A stretch of 64,000 nt of DNA from a virus. Positions 1 through 8,143 of the stretch are shown piece after piece (within the stretch, counting starts at the first letter, position 1; every line of letters starts with the position of its first letter). The stretch spans positions 1 through 64,000 of IMG/VR virus record IMGVR_UViG_3300025141_013863; one strand, written 5' to 3'. A program made the translations under genes and the position numbers. The notes beneath the pieces are model-generated. The model was not told where the DNA came from and made no database searches. It saw only the letters and a list, made by a program, of their open reading frames with translations.

Positions 1-2
1 AT

Positions 3-146
3 TACGATTGGTATTACTCTTCTACAGATAATACTATTTACTTTACGGTCATCCCGGGTGGGAATGATTTAGTGGAAGTGGGGTATCGTTATTTTCCTGA
101 CGAAGGAGGAGACACCGGTGATACCGGATTAGATACCGCTGCATAG
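3..146 (+). CDS. 3' end of a gene truncated by the window edge; secreted/surface-type protein C-terminus with DTG low-complexity tail
   Basis: Open frame YDWYYSSTDNTIYFTVIPGGNDLVEVGYRYFPDEGGDTGDTGLDTAA*; stop TAG 144-146 merges into the GGAGG RBS of the next gene. Confidence 0.7.
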   Translation, partial: YDWYYSSTDNTIYFTVIPGGNDLVEVGYRYFPDEGGDTGDTGLDTAA

Positions 147-157
147 GAGGGCGCAGT

Positions 158-451
158 ATGGAAATTTTTGGAATTATTTTATTGATGAATTTGTGTATCT
201 TCGGATATTTTACTTATAGTTTCATTCAGTTTAGAAAAAACGAAAAATATAGAACACAAGAACTCAATCATAAGGTACAATGTTTATTGGATCAGGCACA
301 AAGAGACTACAAGGCTGAAAGAGAAGCTGAGTTGAGCGAAGAGCCTATTAATAATATTTTTAGAGAGCACGTAATTGACGAGATATCCAAACAACGACTC
401 ATCTACGACGAGGCCACTGGGCGATACATCAGACTACGACAGATCAAATAG
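158..451 (+). CDS. hypothetical protein with N-terminal transmembrane helix
   Basis: GGAGG RBS upstream; hydrophobic N-terminus followed by coiled-coil-like segment. Confidence 0.7.
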   Translation: MEIFGIILLMNLCIFGYFTYSFIQFRKNEKYRTQELNHKVQCLLDQAQRDYKAEREAELSEEPINNIFREHVIDEISKQRLIYDEATGRYIRLRQIK

Positions 452-707
452 AAGACCGCCAGAGCCTCCAGATCCCTTAGCGTCATTAGATTTATCATTT
501 ATTGCTAAGGGAATACTTTACATCTGTGCGACGGTGATTATAATTGTGTTTGTGAACTCTTGTCAAGTAGACGAAGAGGTTATTAAACAATGTGAGACAT
601 CATGTAGTTCCAATGGCAATCGTATGGATTCAGTTTCTGTGTTTGGGTGTGACTGCGAACAGAAAGAGAGTGTTATACCATCACCTTTTGTTATACCGGG
701 AGAATAA
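375..707 (+). CDS. hypothetical membrane protein with Cys-rich C-terminal part
   Basis: TM segment GILYICATVIIIVFV, then several Cys; stop abuts next ATG; start uncertain. Confidence 0.6.
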   Translation: MTRYPNNDSSTTRPLGDTSDYDRSNRRPPEPPDPLASLDLSFIAKGILYICATVIIIVFVNSCQVDEEVIKQCETSCSSNGNRMDSVSVFGCDCEQKESVIPSPFVIPGE

Positions 708-1382
708 ATGAGTTTAATAAAGGTTGGCAATGACTTAAAAAAAGAATTTATTTTTATTCATATACCAAAAACCGGAGGGACATCAGTAAAAAATATTATT
801 GGAGAAACGGGCAGTCATCTTACTATAAACGAGATCATAACAAGTGGCGAAGATGAATTGGGTACCAAATTTGATATTAACAAAAATTTACCTTTAGTAT
901 ATTTTGTTAGAAATCCTTTTGATAGATTGGTTTCTGCTTATCATTATGTTGTTGAAATCGAGAAAGTTAAGCTTCCTGAAATTTTTGACACCTTTGATAA
1001 TTTTGTTAATGAATTTTTGCCGTTAATAACTCCATATAATTATTTTTATTTTCTTGAGACTGCAGATGAAATTAATCGATTAGATCCTGATGCTATAGCT
1101 GCCAGACACGCATTGATGTGGCAATGTCAAACACTATTTGTTCGATCATCCGAAGAAGTTTTGCACTATAGATATAAATTTGAAACCATAGAACAAGGAT
1201 TTCAACACTTTGTAGAAACTTTTATAGGACAAAGTACTGATATTGAACTACCTCACTTAAACAAGAGAAAAAAGAAAAGAAAACCATATCAAGAATATTA
1301 TAAAAACAAAGAAACTTATAAGATAGTCTGTGATTTTTATGATGATGATTTTGTAAATTTTAATTACTCAAAAGAGTTATAA
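708..1382 (+). CDS. carbohydrate sulfotransferase (Sulfotransfer_2 family)
   Basis: PAPS-binding motifs FIHIPKTGGTS and VRNPFDRLVSAY. Confidence 0.85.
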   Translation: MSLIKVGNDLKKEFIFIHIPKTGGTSVKNIIGETGSHLTINEIITSGEDELGTKFDINKNLPLVYFVRNPFDRLVSAYHYVVEIEKVKLPEIFDTFDNFVNEFLPLITPYNYFYFLETADEINRLDPDAIAARHALMWQCQTLFVRSSEEVLHYRYKFETIEQGFQHFVETFIGQSTDIELPHLNKRKKKRKPYQEYYKNKETYKIVCDFYDDDFVNFNYSKEL

Positions 1383-1391
1383 GGAGAATAA

Positions 1392-1481
1392 ATGAGTAGA
1401 AAAGCACCAATGCGAAAATTTCGGCGCCGCCGAAAAGTCGGTTCAAAGAAACGTGGAAATAAGAAGAAGAGCAAGAAGTAA
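1392..1481 (+). CDS. 29-aa highly basic peptide (not in ORF track)
   Basis: AAGGAG RBS at 1381; MSRKAPMRKFRRRRKVGSKKRGNKKKSKK*; TAATG overlap with next gene. Confidence 0.7.
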   Translation: MSRKAPMRKFRRRRKVGSKKRGNKKKSKK

Positions 1482-1672
1482 TGGAAAAAACACCAAAAAA
1501 ATGGCAAAAGGTTAGAATTTTCGACAGATATGCAGATGCAAACGAATTGCGCTGTGTAATGTTAGATAATGATGATACAGGACTTTTGGAAGTAAAAGTT
1601 CGTCGGTGTGGCCCTGGAGGCTCACAATTTAAAGTAAAGAGGTACTTCCCGGATTTAAAGAAAGGAAAATAG
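1481..1672 (+). CDS. small hypothetical protein
   Basis: Coupled to upstream stop (TAATG); ends 2 nt before next ATG. Confidence 0.65.
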   Translation: MEKTPKKWQKVRIFDRYADANELRCVMLDNDDTGLLEVKVRRCGPGGSQFKVKRYFPDLKKGK

Positions 1673-1674
1673 AA

Positions 1675-2190
1675 ATGCCAGTTCATAATAAAATGTATGA
1701 TAAAAATGATAAAAGACATAGTGATGAAAAATCAAAGAAACCAACAGTAATGGTATCTGGAGGCTTTGATCCTGTTCACGCTGGTCATATTCGGATGATT
1801 AGGGACGCAGCTAATTTTGGAGAAGTTGTAGTTGTAGCAAATTCAGATGATTGGCTATTTCGTAAGAAAGGCTTTGTATTCATGACTTTTGCTCAGCGCG
1901 CCGAGATCCTTAACGCAATTAAAGGCGTGATTTTAGTAGACTCGGTAGATGATACCGATGGTACTGTATGTGAAGCAATCCGACGCATTAAGCCAGACTT
2001 TTTTGCGAATGGAGGCGATCGAGGAAGAACTAATACTCCCGAAGTTGATGTTTGTAATGAAATGGAAATTAAATTATTATGGGGTGTTGGAGGAGATAAA
2101 AAGATGGCCAGCTCATCAGATTTAGTAAAAAATTCTAGAACTTTCGAGTCGGCCCCCATTAGAGCAAGAGCAAAACATTCTGATAGATAA
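1675..2190 (+). CDS. cytidylyltransferase-like nucleotidyltransferase (CTP_transf_like, TagD/RfaE-II type)
   Basis: SGGFDPVHAGH (HxGH) motif, NSD, ANGGDR, C-terminal SSS. Confidence 0.88.
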   Translation: MPVHNKMYDKNDKRHSDEKSKKPTVMVSGGFDPVHAGHIRMIRDAANFGEVVVVANSDDWLFRKKGFVFMTFAQRAEILNAIKGVILVDSVDDTDGTVCEAIRRIKPDFFANGGDRGRTNTPEVDVCNEMEIKLLWGVGGDKKMASSSDLVKNSRTFESAPIRARAKHSDR

Positions 2191-2193
2191 TCC

Positions 2194-2222
2194 TTGACAT
2201 ATATTTATAAATCAGTTATATT
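2194..2222 (+). promoter_or_regulatory. sigma70-type promoter
   Basis: TTGACA (2194-2199), 17-bp spacer, TATATT (2217-2222), intergenic. Confidence 0.75.
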
Positions 2223-2245
2223 ATAGACCATAAGCCAGGAAAAAT

Positions 2246-2512
2246 ATGAAAATCGAAAAAAATACAATATGCTATACGTCCGAAATCGGACATAATAATT
2301 TTTGGTACCCTTCACATGAAAAAGTCTTAATAAAGGAAAATTGTGAAGCGCAAACGGTACCATGGATTAGCGGTGGTACTAAAATAGCAATAAGAATTTT
2401 GAAGTCTTGCCTTATTCCTATGGATATTACTGAAAATACAACAAATAATATTTCACCTCCAACTAGGAATCAATACACCGTAGTTTGGATCGAGAAATGT
2501 TTAAAAAATTGA
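2246..2512 (+). CDS. hypothetical protein
   Basis: First ORF after promoter, AGGA RBS. Confidence 0.6.
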   Translation: MKIEKNTICYTSEIGHNNFWYPSHEKVLIKENCEAQTVPWISGGTKIAIRILKSCLIPMDITENTTNNISPPTRNQYTVVWIEKCLKN

Positions 2513-2544
2513 AAGATTTGTGTACGTTTAAAAAGGAGAAAAAA

Positions 2545-2748
2545 ATGTCACCCACATCAACTGAAACAAGAACAACAAAACAACTAAAAGAAAAGGTAAG
2601 TCAGCAATCACAGGAACTCTCTAAGCTTCGCTCAAGAGTCAGCCAACTGGTAGATGAAATCAATTCTTTAAAGTATGAAATTGAAACTTTCCGCGATAGG
2701 ATCACAAGCGACATGAAGGTTGTTTTCGAATCCCTGCAGAAGCAATAA
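2545..2748 (+). CDS. coiled-coil hypothetical protein
   Basis: AAGGAG RBS favours ATG 2545 over 2485; heptad pattern. Confidence 0.65.
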   Translation: MSPTSTETRTTKQLKEKVSQQSQELSKLRSRVSQLVDEINSLKYEIETFRDRITSDMKVVFESLQKQ

Positions 2749-2753
2749 ATAAA

Positions 2754-3227
2754 ATGTCATTTATAGAAAAATTACAAAGCTTGCATCTTGAGTCCGATGC
2801 TATAGCTACACTTACGTATAGCGAAGGCGCCGATGTATTTCTTATGAATGAAGACGAAGTAGAAACTGCTCTTTCTGAAACAAATGTAGTTCAACAATTT
2901 AGCGAACTTATTACAACTCCCGGTATTAATGCTACTACGCCGTTTGGTACCAATATTATAGGAGAACTTCGCCATAACGACTATCTTTTAGATTATGAAC
3001 GAGGCAGCTTTTCATTTTCGGACTATATTAGCGAAACAATTCGTGATAATTTTTACGAATTGGACTTTATTGATAAGTCTGTTAAAAAATATGATTATAA
3101 GCGAGGATTTTGTACGCTCACAGCCGAAATACAAATTCCCGTCGCAGAACTAATTAACGAACGGCCGCATATTGATGCTTGGACAATTTCTGTTCCTACA
3201 AAATTTGGCACAGTTACTGTTCAGTAA
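2754..3227 (+). CDS. hypothetical protein
   Basis: 157-aa ORF in the coupled + strand series. Confidence 0.7.
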   Translation: MSFIEKLQSLHLESDAIATLTYSEGADVFLMNEDEVETALSETNVVQQFSELITTPGINATTPFGTNIIGELRHNDYLLDYERGSFSFSDYISETIRDNFYELDFIDKSVKKYDYKRGFCTLTAEIQIPVAELINERPHIDAWTISVPTKFGTVTVQ

Positions 3228-3235
3228 AATCGCTG

Positions 3236-3322
3236 TATCGTCGGTTTAATAACGATAGGTGGCTGCCGATCCTTACGTAGGCAGGGGTTTCCGGTCATCC
3301 TAGTTCGCGACAAAAAACCGGG
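3236..3322 (+). ncRNA. candidate structured RNA / tRNA-operon leader
   Basis: GC-richer intergenic stretch with three hairpins: TATCGT/ACGATA, CTGCC/GGCAG, CCGGT/ACCGG. Confidence 0.3.
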
Positions 3323-3325
3323 TTT

Positions 3326-3401
3326 GCCACTTTAGCTCAGTTGGCAGAGCAGCTGATTTGTAATCAGCAGGTCGTAGGTTCGACTCCTATAAGTGGCTCC
3401 A
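3326..3401 (+). tRNA. tRNA-Thr(UGU)
   Basis: Acceptor GCCACTT/AAGTGGC, D-arm GCTC/GAGC, anticodon stem GCTGA/TCAGC with loop TTTGTAA, TTCGA T-loop, encoded CCA. Confidence 0.96.
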
Positions 3402-3402
3402 T

Positions 3403-3477
3403 GCGAGTGTAGCTCAGTGGTAGAGCCCCACGTTGCCAACGTGGCTGTCGCTGGTTCGAACCCAGTCACTCGCTCCA
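3403..3477 (+). tRNA. tRNA-Gly(GCC)
   Basis: Acceptor GCGAGTG/CACTCGC, anticodon stem CCACG/CGTGG with loop TTGCCAA, TTCGAA T-loop, encoded CCA. Confidence 0.96.
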
Positions 3478-3483
3478 TTTAAA

Positions 3484-3747
3484 ATGAAATATAAAGAGGG
3501 CGATATAGTATTAGTAAAATCGGAAGCTGGACCGGCTATTCCGCCATTTCATGTTAAGTTAATACAAAAAATAAAACGCGAGACTTCTTTTGATCCGGCC
3601 TATATAATATGGAAGGCCCGCTTGACAAAACGTAAAGAAGCAGATATGCTTAGAAGAGAATGGCAAATACCATTTAAGTTTCCCGATCTGATGGAAACAT
3701 TTGTATATGAAACAAATATAATCAAACTAATTAAATCAAATGGCTAA
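3484..3747 (+). CDS. hypothetical protein (SH3/KOW-like start YKEGDIVLVK)
   Basis: ATG 3484 just after tRNA-Gly; the longer track ORF overlaps the tRNA. Confidence 0.65.
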   Translation: MKYKEGDIVLVKSEAGPAIPPFHVKLIQKIKRETSFDPAYIIWKARLTKRKEADMLRREWQIPFKFPDLMETFVYETNIIKLIKSNG

Positions 3748-5074
3748 AAAGAATTATCTTTTAGATACAAGCGTTTATTTAACGGATGCCAACTCTATCT
3801 TTGAATTTGGCAATAACGATATTTTCATTCCTCTTAAAGTGCTTGAAGAAATAGATAAACATAAAAAACGCCAGGATTCTGCTGGTGCAAATGCTAGAAG
3901 AATAATCAGAACTCTCGATGAACTAAGAATAGCGGGCGATTTGCAAAAGGGCGTCAGGCTTGGTAAAGGAAAAGGCCTCGTCAAGGTAATGTCTTATACT
4001 TGTTTATCTGGATCTATTTTTCCTCCCGATTTGGACATTAGAATTCCTGATCATGCGATTCTTGCAACTGGTAAAGCGGTCCAACAAGAACAGCCAAATC
4101 GAAAGATGATAGTTGTATCGCGTGATATTAATATGCGTGTCATCTGTGATTCCATTGGTATGATAGCAGAAGATTATATTACCGAAAGAGCCGCAGAATC
4201 ATCCGACCAACTTTACAGCGGCTTTATTGAGCACTTGGTGGATGATCAGATAATCGATCGATTTTATGAGGGAGAAGATATACTCATTGAAGAGGACGAA
4301 GTGCAAACACTATGGTATCCAAATCAATTTATTATGATGGTGTCCAATGCTAATGACAAGAAAACAGCCCTAGCACGCTTTAAAAGCCATCATATACCAT
4401 TGAAAAAAATTATACATGACAAGCTCCCTGACTGGAAAATCAATTCAAGAAACAAGGAGCAGGCGTTTGCTATGGACTTGCTGATGAATCCTGATGTTAA
4501 GATTGTTTCTCTGATTGGAAGAGCGGGCAGCGGCAAAACTTTAATGGCAATTGCTGCAGGCCTACAACAAACAATTGGAATGAGACAAGAACACAATCAT
4601 TATTCACGACTTATTGTCTCGCGACCCGTGCAGCCACTTGGAAAAGATATTGGCTTTCTACCGGGAACCATGCAAGAAAAAATGCTTCCCTGGTTAATGC
4701 CTATTCAAGATAATCTTAAATTTCTTATGGGGGATCGTACATCTTTAGAAATGTATATGGAGAAAGGAAAGATTGAAATTGAAGCCCTTACTTATATTCG
4801 AGGCCGCTCAATTGCAAATGCGTTTGTTGTGATTGATGAAGCTCAAAATTTAACAAAACATGAGATTAAAACTATTATTACGCGTATCGGAGATGGTACA
4901 AAAATTATATTAACAGGAGATATTGAACAGATTGATAATATTTATGTTAATGAAACATCAAATGGTCTAGCACATGCAATTGAAAGCTTTAAGCAGCATC
5001 CAATAGCCGGCCATGTAACTTTTAAGAAAGGCGAAAGAAGCGAGTTAGCCACACTTGCTTCAAAAGTCTTATAA
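3740..5074 (+). CDS. phoH: PIN-domain PhoH family ATPase (PhoH2/YlaK type)
   Basis: PIN motifs LLDTSVY, LEEID, D..IL, SRDINMR; Walker A GRAGSGKT; GFLPG, RGRS, IDEAQN, GDIEQID. Confidence 0.93.
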   Translation: MAKKNYLLDTSVYLTDANSIFEFGNNDIFIPLKVLEEIDKHKKRQDSAGANARRIIRTLDELRIAGDLQKGVRLGKGKGLVKVMSYTCLSGSIFPPDLDIRIPDHAILATGKAVQQEQPNRKMIVVSRDINMRVICDSIGMIAEDYITERAAESSDQLYSGFIEHLVDDQIIDRFYEGEDILIEEDEVQTLWYPNQFIMMVSNANDKKTALARFKSHHIPLKKIIHDKLPDWKINSRNKEQAFAMDLLMNPDVKIVSLIGRAGSGKTLMAIAAGLQQTIGMRQEHNHYSRLIVSRPVQPLGKDIGFLPGTMQEKMLPWLMPIQDNLKFLMGDRTSLEMYMEKGKIEIEALTYIRGRSIANAFVVIDEAQNLTKHEIKTIITRIGDGTKIILTGDIEQIDNIYVNETSNGLAHAIESFKQHPIAGHVTFKKGERSELATLASKVL

Positions 5075-5104
5075 TTTATGATATAGTTTAAAGGAGAAAT
5101 TTAT

Positions 5105-5398
5105 ATGTCAGAACAAAAAATAACCACAGAACGAGAGATACACACAAATCCAATGTTGGCAATGCCGGTGCAGCCTGATTCAGAACTTAAGAATTATCTT
5201 GTAGAATATGTTGGAACAAAATTAGACAATGAAGAAGTTACTGTTAATATGATAGCAGAAGTTCTTGCTACTGATTTTCCAGAGTTTGTATATGCATTTG
5301 CGGAAGAAAACTTTCTTCGGGGATATCAATTAGGATTAAATGACGCTACGAGATTACATACACCAGAAACAGAAGATGCTTCTGGAACAACAGACTAA
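5105..5398 (+). CDS. hypothetical protein
   Basis: AAGGAG RBS; acidic 97-aa ORF. Confidence 0.7.
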   Translation: MSEQKITTEREIHTNPMLAMPVQPDSELKNYLVEYVGTKLDNEEVTVNMIAEVLATDFPEFVYAFAEENFLRGYQLGLNDATRLHTPETEDASGTTD

Positions 5399-6041
5399 TT
5401 TTTATACATCAACAGGGATTCATGTATTTTTTAAGGATCCGCTGAAAAATCCAGATCTTGATATTGAAGAGCTGGTCTCTAAATTAGAATCTACAATGCC
5501 TTCACATCTTTTATCTGAAGTTGAGATGATTATAATTGGCTGGTTTGATGAATTTGATGAGCGCGGCATAAATGCTTTTTATGATGGCGGTACCTTGTTT
5601 GTTTCAAATATTCAAGATGACTTTATGGATATGTATGATGATCTAATTCATGAAATTTCACACTCTCTAGAAGAGTCGCATGGATATTTTATTTATGGTG
5701 ATAAAAAAATTGAACAAGAATTTCTAAGAAAGAGAAAGCATCTTCATGATTTGTTGTGGAAAAAAGGTGTCAAGGCGCCTTTATCGTCTTTTTTGGATTC
5801 AGAGTATGATAAAGAATTTGATATGTTTTTATATCAAAAAATAGGATATGATAAATTGTCTGGAATTATGATGGGCTTATTCTTAACTCCTTACGCCGCA
5901 ACATCATTAAAAGAATACTTTGCTACAGGCTTCACGGAATTTTATCTACATCCAGAAACCCATGACTTTTTTCAAAAAGTAAGCCCTGAGTTATATAAAA
6001 AAATATTTTTATTACAAGATCCAGAAGAACTTGACAACTAA
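5340..6041 (+). CDS. putative zinc metallopeptidase (zincin, HEXXH)
   Basis: NAFY strand, LIHEISHSLE, downstream EYFA third-ligand-type motif. Confidence 0.55.
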   Translation: MTLRDYIHQKQKMLLEQQTNFYTSTGIHVFFKDPLKNPDLDIEELVSKLESTMPSHLLSEVEMIIIGWFDEFDERGINAFYDGGTLFVSNIQDDFMDMYDDLIHEISHSLEESHGYFIYGDKKIEQEFLRKRKHLHDLLWKKGVKAPLSSFLDSEYDKEFDMFLYQKIGYDKLSGIMMGLFLTPYAATSLKEYFATGFTEFYLHPETHDFFQKVSPELYKKIFLLQDPEELDN

Positions 6042-6059
6042 TAAAAAAGTGGTTATAAT
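6031..6059 (+). promoter_or_regulatory. perfect-consensus sigma70 promoter
   Basis: TTGACA (6031-6036), 17-bp spacer, TATAAT (6054-6059); GGAGG RBS before TTG 6082. Confidence 0.88.
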
Positions 6060-6081
6060 ATAATATAAATCTGGAGGGATT

Positions 6082-6846
6082 TTGCCACATATATCATATT
6101 CAGAACTCAAAGATTGGAATACTTGCGCGTTTTATCATAAACTTACGCGCATTGACAAGCTAAAAGGGTTCAAAGGAAATGCTTTTACAGCATTTGGAAC
6201 AGCTATTCATGCTGTTTGCGAGAAGAAACTATTAAAGGAAGAGATTGACGATGAAGGATTTTTTGTTAGTAGCTTCTCTGATTGTATTGCTTCACTGGAC
6301 GACGATGTGGATGTGGATGATCGACTCGTTGCTGATATGGTGGGACAAGGGAAAGCTATACTTCCAGAAATTGAAGAAGCGGTCAAAGAATACTTCGGAG
6401 AATATAACGTCGAAGCAGTAGAATTGCAGCTTTATGAGCCTATCGATGGTGAAGATGATTATAAGTTCAAAGGTTTTATTGACGCGATTGTATCGACACC
6501 AGATGGAAAAGTTCATATTTTTGATTGGAAGACTTGCGGCTGGGGATGGGACTCTCGTCGCCGAAGCGAAAAGATGACAACGTACCAACTTACGCTTTAT
6601 AAACACTTTTTTGCGCAAAAGATGAATGTAGATCCTAAAAATATTGAAACCCACTTTGCTCTTCTTAAAAGAACAGCAAAGAAAAACAGAGTAGAACTAT
6701 TTAGAGTGACGAGCGGCCCAAGAAAAACTGAAAACGCTCTTAAATTATTGCACAAAGCATTGTACAATATTAAAAATAAACGTTACATTAAAAATAGACT
6801 CTCGTGTGAGCGATGTACGTTTAGACACACAAAAGAATGTCCATGA
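6082..6846 (+). CDS. PD-(D/E)XK exonuclease, Cas4/AddB-like with predicted 4Fe-4S staple
   Basis: SYS..C, GTAIH, GFIDAI, IFDWKT, QLTLY, C-terminal CxxC-x7-C. Confidence 0.88.
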   Translation: MPHISYSELKDWNTCAFYHKLTRIDKLKGFKGNAFTAFGTAIHAVCEKKLLKEEIDDEGFFVSSFSDCIASLDDDVDVDDRLVADMVGQGKAILPEIEEAVKEYFGEYNVEAVELQLYEPIDGEDDYKFKGFIDAIVSTPDGKVHIFDWKTCGWGWDSRRRSEKMTTYQLTLYKHFFAQKMNVDPKNIETHFALLKRTAKKNRVELFRVTSGPRKTENALKLLHKALYNIKNKRYIKNRLSCERCTFRHTKECP

Positions 6847-6853
6847 GGAATAA

Positions 6854-8143
6854 ATGACAGAAAAAAAGAAGATTTTGGTCTTATCCGACCATCCGCTATC
6901 GCCTTCAGGCGTTGGCACACAAACAAGGTATTTTATTGAAGCATTATTAAATACCGGCCAATATAGCTTTATTTGCTTAGGCGGAGCAATGAAACATAAA
7001 GACTATAGACCACAGAAAGTTGATCCGTGGGGTGAAGACTGGAGAATATTTCCGGTCGATGGATACGGAAATCATGAAATTATCCGCTCTATCCTACAAA
7101 AAGAAAAACCAGACGTTCTTTGGTTTATGACAGATCCAAGATTTTATGGCTGGCTGTGGGAGATTGAAAATGAAGTTCGATCGCATATTCCGATGGTATA
7201 TTATCATGTTTGGGATAACTGGCCTGCCCCAGTATATAATGGTTCGTTCTATCGTTCAACTGATGAGGTAGTGTGCATTTCGAAGGTTACTCATGATATC
7301 GTTAAAGATGTGGTGCCAGAAGTTTCATCTTGCTATCTGCCACATGCTGTAGATGATAATGTGTTTAAGAAATTTATCACAGAACAAGAAAAGCAACATT
7401 GCCAAGAAATAAGAGAAAAACTTCAGGTTGGCTCTAGTATAAACTTGAAGAATCCAAATAAAACGATTTTCTTTTGGAACAATAGAAACGCCCGCCGCAA
7501 GCAGAGCGGTACTTTAATTTGGTGGTTTAAGGAATTTCTTGACGAAGTAGGACACGACAAAGCAACGCTTTTGATGCACACAGACGCCAGGGATCCTCAT
7601 GGACAGGATCTACCTCATATTATAAATCATCTTGGTGTTAATGATGGGCAGGTTTTGCTTTCAACCGATAAGATTGACAGTAGGCAGTTGGCAGGAATGT
7701 ATAATGCCGCAGACTTTACAATTAATATATCTGATGCTGAAGGGTTTGGATTAGCCACTCTAGAATCATTATCTTGTGGCACGCCCATTATTGTAACAAT
7801 GACGGGCGGATTACAAGAACAGGTGACAGATGGAGATAATTGGTTTGGATGGGGTATCCAGCCAGCCAGTTCAGCAGTGATTGGATCCTTGCAAGTCCCT
7901 TATATTTATGAAGATAGAATATCACAGAAAGACTTTCATAAAACCCTTAAAAAGGCCCTTAATATCAGACCAAAGGCATATAAACAAATGTCAGACTTGG
8001 GGCAAAAACATGTACAACAAAACTATAGTTTTGCAAAATTTAATAAAAGTTGGGTTGAAAAGATGGACTCAATTGTTGAAAAGCATAGTTCTTGGGAGAA
8101 TAGAAAGGTTTATAAACGTTGGCATTTATTGGAGGTGGCATGA
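6854..8143 (+). CDS. glycosyltransferase GT4 (GT-B)
   Basis: SGVG acceptor loop, NRNARRK, YNAAD..EGFGLATLESLSCGTPII. Confidence 0.9.
   Translation: MTEKKKILVLSDHPLSPSGVGTQTRYFIEALLNTGQYSFICLGGAMKHKDYRPQKVDPWGEDWRIFPVDGYGNHEIIRSILQKEKPDVLWFMTDPRFYGWLWEIENEVRSHIPMVYYHVWDNWPAPVYNGSFYRSTDEVVCISKVTHDIVKDVVPEVSSCYLPHAVDDNVFKKFITEQEKQHCQEIREKLQVGSSINLKNPNKTIFFWNNRNARRKQSGTLIWWFKEFLDEVGHDKATLLMHTDARDPHGQDLPHIINHLGVNDGQVLLSTDKIDSRQLAGMYNAADFTINISDAEGFGLATLESLSCGTPIIVTMTGGLQEQVTDGDNWFGWGIQPASSAVIGSLQVPYIYEDRISQKDFHKTLKKALNIRPKAYKQMSDLGQKHVQQNYSFAKFNKSWVEKMDSIVEKHSSWENRKVYKRWHLLEVA

Noticed and set aside
3433-3483. N-terminal extension of the 3433-3747 ORF
   Set aside because: Overlaps tRNA-Gly; ATG 3484 is the plausible start
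6082-6846. CRISPR-Cas system suggested by Cas4-like gene
   Set aside because: No repeat-spacer array or other cas genes in the window; solo Cas4-like nucleases are common in phages
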